From NCBI GenBank assembly GCA_903945495.1, contig CAJAVU010000059.1:1091-65090 (forward strand): a stretch of DNA of 64,000 nt, given 5' to 3'. Positions 57,544 through 64,000 of the stretch are shown here, piece by piece. The position numbers and the translations under genes are program-made. Position 1 is the first letter of the stretch. The number at the start of each line of letters is the position of its first letter. The notes below the pieces were generated by a model. That model worked only from the letters and a program-made list of their open reading frames with translations, was not told where the DNA came from and did no database searches. This stretch comes from an uncultured Flavobacteriales bacterium. Its GTDB lineage: Bacteria; Bacteroidota; Bacteroidia; Flavobacteriales_D; Crocinitomicaceae.

Positions 57544-58221
57544 GTGCACGTCATTTTAGCAGATAGTAACGATTTGGTTAGAGTAGGGATGAGAACTATT
57601 CTGAATGCGCATGGCGGTTTTAAAATCGTTGGTGAAGCAAAAGATAAAGCTGAATTGATTGATCTTGTTAAGAATTTTGGTGCTGCCGTTGTGTTAATTG
57701 ATTATACGTCTCCCGGATTCGATATCGACATTATTCCAAAAGTTATTAGTCAAAACAAGCTAGTGAAATTCTTAGCAATTACACCAGAGCAATCTGCTCA
57801 AACCTTGGTGGATGCTTTGCGTTCAGGAGTTACAAGCTATGTGAAAAAAGATTGTGATTTGGCTGAAATCATCAATGCAGTTGAGGAAACAGGACATGGA
57901 AATAAATTCTTTTGTGGACAGATTCTAGAAACGATTCAACGCGCTTCTATTGATGTAAACGATATTGACTTTGAATCTTTTTCGTGTGAACCAGTTATTT
58001 TATCTGAACGAGAAAACGAAATTATTGTTTTGATTGCTGAAGGAATGACGAATGGACAAATTGCTGAACAGTTATTTTTAAGTAATCACACAATCAATAC
58101 CCATCGTAAAAACATCATGGGGAAATTGGGTGTAAAGAATACCGCTGGAATCGTTATGTATGCTGTAAAGACCAATTTGGTTTCGCCGAATAAGTTTTTG
58201 TTTGCAGCGGATAATAATTAA
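57544..58221 (+). CDS. NarL/LuxR-family response regulator (orphan, slightly atypical acidic pocket)
   Basis: REC-like region (HVILADSN...VVLIDYT...LAIT...YVKKD) plus a LuxR HTH (LSERENEIIVLIAEGMTNGQIAEQLFLSNHTINTHRKNIMGKLGV). A GTG start at 57544 fits the domain boundary. ATG 57505 is an alternative. Confidence 0.8.
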   Translation: MHVILADSNDLVRVGMRTILNAHGGFKIVGEAKDKAELIDLVKNFGAAVVLIDYTSPGFDIDIIPKVISQNKLVKFLAITPEQSAQTLVDALRSGVTSYVKKDCDLAEIINAVEETGHGNKFFCGQILETIQRASIDVNDIDFESFSCEPVILSERENEIIVLIAEGMTNGQIAEQLFLSNHTINTHRKNIMGKLGVKNTAGIVMYAVKTNLVSPNKFLFAADNN

Positions 58222-58361
58222 TTCGATAGTGAACTAAAGATTTGAATAATTGAATCTTCCATTTCATTTATTCATCATTTCGTTTAATTTTTAATAAAAT
58301 TTTCAATTGCCATTGAACCAATGTATCTTTGGAATGTATCAGGTCTAAAATAAACGGATCA

Positions 58362-59615
58362 ATGAAATTACTTTTGTTCATAGCTTTGATTGTTAGCGCA
58401 AGTTTTTCTTTCGCTCAAGTGAACAATCAAAATGAAAATTCGGCACCTGCGACAAATAGCAATGTATATAATAATTCAAATAATTCGAATACAATTCAAA
58501 TTGCTGTTCCTGCATCGATTGAAGATGAAAATGAAAAGGATTCCCTTCAAGTGGAAGAATTGAAAATTCAATCGAGTTCTAAAAAATATAAATCACTTGA
58601 ATCAAAGCAGGAAAAAGCACTAATGGATAAGGAAGTTGATCAATCATCAAGTCAATCTCAAAAAGTATCTCAAAGTGCAGTTTCTTTCACACTTTCAAAA
58701 CAACAATCATCGACGCAACGAACGCAACGAACACCATCTGCGGCCCAGCAAACACAGATGAATCAAGTTGTTGATGATTTAGAACAAAATGCTCCAGAAT
58801 CGTTTGAATTTCATTATTTCAAGTATGTTGCAGGAAATTACAATGTTGCATTAATTGACGATCTTAAAAAAGCTGAAAGTCTTCGTCCACAAAATTCGGA
58901 TGTACAAATTCAAATGGCTGCTTACAACATCATTGTAAATGATCAAACGAATGCGCAAGTGTATTTGGAAAAGCTAATCAAATCAACACGTTTGAGTCAA
59001 GAAGTATTAGATTATGCGGAAGATTTACTTAAATCTGCTCCTGATAAAGGAACCTTGATTACGCATGGATTTGACGATACGTATGCGTGCTATTATTTGC
59101 AAACTGTAAAGAAAGTTAGGTCAGATGTTCGTTTGATTTCGTTGGATTTTTTACAAAGTGAAAAGTACCGAACGGATTTAAAAACAGCAGGTTACGTGCT
59201 TTCAGAAAAAGTACTTATTGATGTTGCATATCTTCAAGAGTTCTGCTCGAAAAACGAATCGAAAGGTTTGGCTATTTCGATGACAACACCGAAGGAATAT
59301 TTAGTGCCAATTCAACAAAATCTATTTGCAGTAGCACTTGTATTTGAGTACCATAAAGAATTGACTTACAATAACTTTTACCGCAACGATTACTTGTGGA
59401 ATGAAGAATTATCAAAAACATTAATTAATAAAGCAACAACGGATAAAGCAAAGCAGCTTTCAGCGAATTACTTACCAATGTTGTTGTTTTTGCATAAAAC
59501 ATATTCCGAATCAAAAGAAACAGAAAAGGTTAAAGAAGTTGATGAAGCAATGGATAAAGTTGCTGTACAATGTAAAAAATATGATCAAGTGAAAAAATTG
59601 AAAGGTTCGTATTGA
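58362..59615 (+). CDS. hypothetical secreted protein (Asn/Gln/Ser-rich N-terminal half, helical C-terminal half)
   Basis: Start at ATG 58362 (MKLLLFIALIVSASFSFAQ). Low-complexity region, then a TPR-like helical part. Its stop overlaps the sigma factor start (TGATG). Confidence 0.6.
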   Translation: MKLLLFIALIVSASFSFAQVNNQNENSAPATNSNVYNNSNNSNTIQIAVPASIEDENEKDSLQVEELKIQSSSKKYKSLESKQEKALMDKEVDQSSSQSQKVSQSAVSFTLSKQQSSTQRTQRTPSAAQQTQMNQVVDDLEQNAPESFEFHYFKYVAGNYNVALIDDLKKAESLRPQNSDVQIQMAAYNIIVNDQTNAQVYLEKLIKSTRLSQEVLDYAEDLLKSAPDKGTLITHGFDDTYACYYLQTVKKVRSDVRLISLDFLQSEKYRTDLKTAGYVLSEKVLIDVAYLQEFCSKNESKGLAISMTTPKEYLVPIQQNLFAVALVFEYHKELTYNNFYRNDYLWNEELSKTLINKATTDKAKQLSANYLPMLLFLHKTYSESKETEKVKEVDEAMDKVAVQCKKYDQVKKLKGSY

Positions 59616-60205
59616 TGAAAATTTTCAGAGCACAACATAACACGTTCACTGACGAGGAGTTGATGCAAGCGATCTCAAAAGGGGATAAGCGAGCATTCGA
59701 TGAATTGTACAACCGTTATGCGGCTGCTTTGTTGCGTTATTTTATGCGCATGTTATGGAAAGACCGTGAGAAATCTGAAGATTTTGTTCATGATCTTTTT
59801 GCGAAAATTGTCAATAAACCTGAATATTTTGATCCTACACGTTCGTTTAAAACATGGGTGTATTCCGTTGCGAATAACATGTGTAAGAACGAATACAAAA
59901 AAGCGGAAGTTCGCAAAGGAATGTCGAATGGTTTAGACAATCATTATGCATTGTCAGATACAAGTGTGAATGTGATGAATGAAGTACAAGATTCGTTCTT
60001 TCAAGAAGCATTTGTAAAGAATTTAGCAGAATTAGATGATAAACACAAGGAAGCATTCAGTTTGCGTCACATAGAAGGTTTATCTATCAAAGAAATTGCT
60101 GAAGTATTGGAAATCAATGAAGGAACGGTGAAATCACGTTTGTTTTATGCGACCAAATACTTGGCAGAAAGTTTAAAAGAGTTTAATCCTATAGAAAATC
60201 GTTAG
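59615..60205 (+). CDS. ECF-type RNA polymerase sigma-70 factor
   Basis: Region 2 (FDELYNRYAAALLRYF...DFVHDLF) and region 4 (FSLRHIEGLSIKEIAEVLEINEGTVKSRLFYA). Confidence 0.9.
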   Translation: MKIFRAQHNTFTDEELMQAISKGDKRAFDELYNRYAAALLRYFMRMLWKDREKSEDFVHDLFAKIVNKPEYFDPTRSFKTWVYSVANNMCKNEYKKAEVRKGMSNGLDNHYALSDTSVNVMNEVQDSFFQEAFVKNLAELDDKHKEAFSLRHIEGLSIKEIAEVLEINEGTVKSRLFYATKYLAESLKEFNPIENR

Positions 60206-60925
60206 ATGGAAAAGGAATTAGTAAATACAGTTTTAGAAAAAGAGTTCAATGAACTTTCAAGCAACGAGCGTGTTGCCTTGAATGACTATTGTAATTCTGA
60301 AGAGGAGTTTGAGCAATTGAAAATGGTTTTTTTAAGTGTCGAATCATTGAAAAAATCGGAAACAGTTCAGCCACGCGTCGAAACCAAAAATTCGTTGGAT
60401 GATGTTTTTGCGCAAAAACATGGGCACAAGCCAAGAGCAATTTGGTACAATTCTGCTTTGGTTGTATTGTATCCAACTGAAAAGGCATTCGTTAAACGTC
60501 CGTTAGTACAAATTGCGGCAGCTGCTCTTTTGTTATTGTTAGCCTATCCGCTTATTAATTCCACAAAGATTCAAGATCAGTCGGAAACTCAATTGGCAGA
60601 AGTAAAAATTGAGAAAGAAAACGTGAAGCCTTCAACTACGAAAACTTCAAATACAGAGTCTGAAAGTACAGTTGTTGAACCAGCGATTGAACCAATTGTT
60701 CAGACGCGCTCGGTAGAAATGGAAACTGTATATGAAGATGTTATGGTTGCAGCAGCTGAAATGTCTGTTGAAGAGTATCGTTCAGAACCTGAAGCTGTTT
60801 ATGCAGCAGTTCCTGTAGCAGCAGAACGACCTGATGGAATTTATACGGGAAGTTCAAGCGTTACTTTTTCTCAACCTGCAAGTGCTCAACCGCAAGTGTT
60901 TGATTTGTTAACGACAACTTTTTAA
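60206..60925 (+). CDS. putative anti-sigma factor (single-pass membrane protein)
   Basis: Starts immediately after the sigma stop (TAGATG). Short cytoplasmic N-domain, one TM helix (QIAAAALLLLLAYPLI), and a low-complexity periplasmic tail. The call rests on position. Confidence 0.6.
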   Translation: MEKELVNTVLEKEFNELSSNERVALNDYCNSEEEFEQLKMVFLSVESLKKSETVQPRVETKNSLDDVFAQKHGHKPRAIWYNSALVVLYPTEKAFVKRPLVQIAAAALLLLLAYPLINSTKIQDQSETQLAEVKIEKENVKPSTTKTSNTESESTVVEPAIEPIVQTRSVEMETVYEDVMVAAAEMSVEEYRSEPEAVYAAVPVAAERPDGIYTGSSSVTFSQPASAQPQVFDLLTTTF

Positions 60926-60932
60926 GTAGCTT

Positions 60933-61733
60933 TTACAATTTGACAATGAAATGTTCTTTCACTTGTTGTGGACGTTTCAAAACAATTCCCATTCGGAAAA
61001 GATCCATTGTCACATGGTAATCTGGATGTTGAACAAACCAATTCCAAGCATTAAGCATCGAATCACTCCAACGAATATCGTCTAAAATAAAAATCGTATC
61101 GTTGTGCGTGAATTTTTCCAATAGTTGCATGTACTTTTTCAATGCTTCACCATCATGATGTCCATCCACAAAAACTAAGTCAAAGGATTTTCCTTCGCAA
61201 GCTTCAATAAATGCATCAAAAGTGCCCAATTTGCTCTGAACAGAATTAATATCAAACGTTTTGATGTTTTTTATGGCTTGATTTCTTGTCTCAGAACATG
61301 CTTCAACAGTAATCACAGTTGATGTTGGATTTCCACTCGCCAAATGAATCGTTCCAATCCCCAAAGAAGTTCCAAATTCTAAAATTGTTGACGGCTGATA
61401 ATACTTGGCCAGTTTGAAAAGCAAATCGCCATATTTTCCTTTGGATGAACTTGTTTTGAAAATCTGGGAAATTTTACGTTCGTTGCCTAAATACTTTGAT
61501 CCAGCTCCAAAATCTTCGATGTGAATGGTAGAATTGTTCGATTTCAATTGCTTGAAAAGGTCTTTTCGTTTCTGGTAGAACACAGAATCAATTGGGATTT
61601 TCAAACATTTATCTGTAAAATCATAGACAAATGGTGAATGTGTGCCATGTCGACCCTTGGCATTCCACCGATAATTTATATATTCGAAAATTATATTCAC
61701 GGTACAAATTAAAGAAAACTTTATCCAAATCAT
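60933..61733 (-). CDS. class I SAM-dependent methyltransferase (O-methyltransferase/Methyltransf_24-like)
   Basis: HGTHSPFVYDF N-terminal motif, ILEFGTSLGIGT (SAM-binding motif I) and LVFVDGHHDGEA. The start is uncertain: ATG 61733 or in-frame GTG 61700. Confidence 0.8.
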   Translation of the reverse strand: MIWIKFSLICTVNIIFEYINYRWNAKGRHGTHSPFVYDFTDKCLKIPIDSVFYQKRKDLFKQLKSNNSTIHIEDFGAGSKYLGNERKISQIFKTSSSKGKYGDLLFKLAKYYQPSTILEFGTSLGIGTIHLASGNPTSTVITVEACSETRNQAIKNIKTFDINSVQSKLGTFDAFIEACEGKSFDLVFVDGHHDGEALKKYMQLLEKFTHNDTIFILDDIRWSDSMLNAWNWFVQHPDYHVTMDLFRMGIVLKRPQQVKEHFIVKL

Positions 61734-63135
61734 GTCACATCAATTCACTGAGCAAGAAATTAATTCGCAAAGAGAAAAAGTTTTTAATGAAAATCCTTCA
61801 TTAGAACTGGTAGCGCCATGTAAATTGGGTGAAGGTATTTTGCGTTTATCAAATGAAGAAAAAGCGAAGTACATTGAAAAATACATTCAGAAAAATGTAC
61901 CTATTTGCTTTTTTATTCCTGCGTCTGGTTCAGGGTCAAGAATGTTTGAATTTCTTTATGCGTTTTTAGAAGAGCCAAATGACGAGAATAGATCTAAAGT
62001 TGAGCGTTTTTTGAATTCAATCAGTGATTTTGCATTTTTCAAACAATTACCGAAGGATAAACAACGTGCGATTAAAGAACAAACGATTGAATTTGAGGAA
62101 ATCGTTTCTTACATTTTGAACCAAGATGGCTTGGGTTATGGCCATTTACCCAAAGGATTAATTCCATTTCACAGCAATGATCCTTTTATATTAAATCCAT
62201 TTCAAGAGCAATTATTACAAGGTGCGCAATTAGAAAATGATAAATTTTCTTTTCATTTTACCATTCAATCGGCCTTTGAAAAAGAAATCCGCAGTGGAAT
62301 TGAACACATTGAAGGATTGAGTGGAACAAACTACAATGTTGATTTTACCGAACAATCGATTAAGACCAATTCAATCGCCTTTGACGAAACAAAGAATGTA
62401 TGTTACAGCGAGAAAAATGAATTGATTTCGCGTCCAGCAGGACACGGAGCTTTGTTGTCTCATTTAAATGAAATTGAAGACGAAATCGTTTTTATTAAAA
62501 ACATTGATAATCTTCAACATTATAAAAATTCTGATTTAGCAATTCAAACATGGAAACTTCTAGGTGGATTATTGTTGGATTTTAAATCAGAGGCAAAAGA
62601 AATCTTTGAATCACCAAGTGTGGAAGGCTTGCAAAAATTGAACGAACGTTTCCAAGTATTTTCTGAAAGTCAATTAAAAGATATCAAAACCGACGATTGT
62701 ATCAAAGCATTATTGAATCGTCCTGCTCGAGTTTGTGGAATGGTGAAAAACGAAGGTCAACCAGGTGGTGGTCCATTTTGGGTAAATGACAATGGTGTTG
62801 TAACTAAGCAGATTGTTGAGAAAGCTCAAATTTCAATGAAAGGAGATCAATACCGTTTGATGGTTCAAAGTACGCATTTCAATCCAGTTATGATTGCTGC
62901 ATCTTCTATTTCATTGGACGGACAAAAGTTTGATTTAATGGATTACAAAGACGATTCAAAATACTTCATCGTACGCAAAAAACATCACGGTAAAGCAATT
63001 CGATTCTTGGAATTACCAGGTTTATGGAATGGCAGTATGTCGAATTGGAACACATTGTTCTTGGAAATTCCTTCAGAAACATTCAGTCCTGTTAAAACTG
63101 TTTTGGATTTATTGGAAGATGCTCACAAGGCTTAG
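61732..63135 (+). CDS. DUF4301 family protein (nucleotidyltransferase/UDPGP-like)
   Basis: FFIPASGSGSRMF and SRPAGHGAL resemble NTP-transferase motifs. The overall pattern matches my recollection of DUF4301. Confidence 0.7.
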   Translation: MSHQFTEQEINSQREKVFNENPSLELVAPCKLGEGILRLSNEEKAKYIEKYIQKNVPICFFIPASGSGSRMFEFLYAFLEEPNDENRSKVERFLNSISDFAFFKQLPKDKQRAIKEQTIEFEEIVSYILNQDGLGYGHLPKGLIPFHSNDPFILNPFQEQLLQGAQLENDKFSFHFTIQSAFEKEIRSGIEHIEGLSGTNYNVDFTEQSIKTNSIAFDETKNVCYSEKNELISRPAGHGALLSHLNEIEDEIVFIKNIDNLQHYKNSDLAIQTWKLLGGLLLDFKSEAKEIFESPSVEGLQKLNERFQVFSESQLKDIKTDDCIKALLNRPARVCGMVKNEGQPGGGPFWVNDNGVVTKQIVEKAQISMKGDQYRLMVQSTHFNPVMIAASSISLDGQKFDLMDYKDDSKYFIVRKKHHGKAIRFLELPGLWNGSMSNWNTLFLEIPSETFSPVKTVLDLLEDAHKA

Positions 63136-63157
63136 ATACTTAGCAGTTACAAACTTT

Positions 63158-64000
63158 TTAATACAATTTCTGTCTTTTTAGCATGTATTGAAGCAGAATT
63201 TGTTCAAATCCAACATTGATATCTGCAGCCATAAAATCAATTTGATAGTTGGTGCAGCGCATCTTTAATTCATTAAAATATTTCTCAACTGATTCGTGAT
63301 AAAAGTCTTTTATTTCAGCAGGTTGAAGTTTCATACTTTCACCCGTTTCCATGTCAACCAAATTGTATGGACGATTGTCCAATTCAAAGTCAACTTCCAT
63401 TTTCTTATCCACAACATGAAATAAAATCACTTCATGCTTGTTGTGTTTCATGTGCTGAATTGCTTGAAATAACTCATCCAAATGATTTGGATCATCCAAC
63501 ATATCCGAGAAAATAATAATCAAACTACGTTGGTGACACAATTCTGCAACATCGTGTATTGCTTGAATCGCGTTCGTTTCTTTTTTCGCACCTTCTGAAT
63601 ACTGCGTCATTCGCTTTTCCAATTCACTATACAAATAGCGATGATGCGCCATTGAAGATTTAGCTGCAGTGTGTAATTCTAACTTGTTCGAGAAAAACGA
63701 TAAGCCAACAGCATCACGTTGTCGCTTTAACAGTTCAATTAATGAAGCCGCAGAATAAACTGAATAGTCGAATTTATTGAGTTCAGCGTCTTTAGGAAAA
63801 TACATCGAACTTGAGCAATCAATCACAATTTGGCAACGCAAATTCGTTTCTTCCTCATATTTCTTCGTGAATAATTTACCGCTTCGAGCATACAATTTCC
63901 AATCGATGTGGCGTGTTGATTCACCTTTGTTGTATAAGCGATGTTCCGCAAATTCAACCGAAAAACCGTGAAAAGGACTTTTGTGTAATCCTGTAATAAA
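63158..64000 (-). CDS. DUF58 (vWA-like, MoxR-associated) protein, 5' end outside the window
   Basis: The ORF-track start at 63895 is an internal TTG. Hand translation upstream stays open to the window edge (FITGLHKSPFHGFSVEFAEHRLYNKGESTRHIDWKLYARSGKLF), which is the DUF58 core motif. Confidence 0.8.
   Translation of the reverse strand, partial: FITGLHKSPFHGFSVEFAEHRLYNKGESTRHIDWKLYARSGKLFTKKYEEETNLRCQIVIDCSSSMYFPKDAELNKFDYSVYSAASLIELLKRQRDAVGLSFFSNKLELHTAAKSSMAHHRYLYSELEKRMTQYSEGAKKETNAIQAIHDVAELCHQRSLIIIFSDMLDDPNHLDELFQAIQHMKHNKHEVILFHVVDKKMEVDFELDNRPYNLVDMETGESMKLQPAEIKDFYHESVEKYFNELKMRCTNYQIDFMAADINVGFEQILLQYMLKRQKLY

Noticed and set aside
1-64000. tRNA, rRNA, tmRNA, RNase P or prophage/integrative element content.
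   Set aside because: No intergenic region shows T-loop (GGTTCGAATCC-like) or anticodon-arm architecture. No integrase, recombinase, transposase, capsid or terminase-like translations appear in the ORF track.

Overview
The window reads as an ordinary chromosomal segment of a low-GC Bacteroidota genome, probably Flavobacteriia-like. Supporting signs are a T9SS C-terminal sorting domain, type III glutamine synthetase, a Fibrobacter-type paralogous domain, DUF4494/DUF4301 genes, TAnnTTTG-type -7 boxes, little Shine-Dalgarno signal, and several TTG/GTG starts. I call about 55 protein-coding genes. I found no rRNA, tRNA, CRISPR array, transposase, integrase or phage gene. Content: (i) small secreted proteins and lipoproteins, an SPFH protein and MsrA. 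(ii) A thioester alpha-2-macroglobulin lipoprotein and PBP1C, separated by an opposite-strand propeller/Y_Y_Y LytS-type kinase and LytTR regulator. (iii) A small stress-protein islet (lmo0937-like micro-ORF, OM beta-barrel, CsbD, AraC) next to a four-gene phosphorelay cluster. (iv) A TonB-dependent receptor with a PepSY protein. (v) A large BNR/PKD T9SS-secreted protein. (vi) M1 and three M16 peptidases, and tandem OmpA paralogs. (vii) pdxH, GS III, and a LuxR regulator plus ECF sigma/anti-sigma module. (viii) A methyltransferase/DUF4301 divergent pair and a partial DUF58 gene. I see no clear-cut novel defence or mobile system. The most interesting signals are the split A2M/PBP1C locus, whose two genes share an identical 18-nt translation-start sequence; a dense palindrome array upstream of the TonB receptor; and several short non-coding repeats (inverted hairpin copies, TAATCAC heptamer arrays at two gene ends, and a 121-nt element bounded by inverted repeats). 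All family names come from motif recognition by eye, not from searches.
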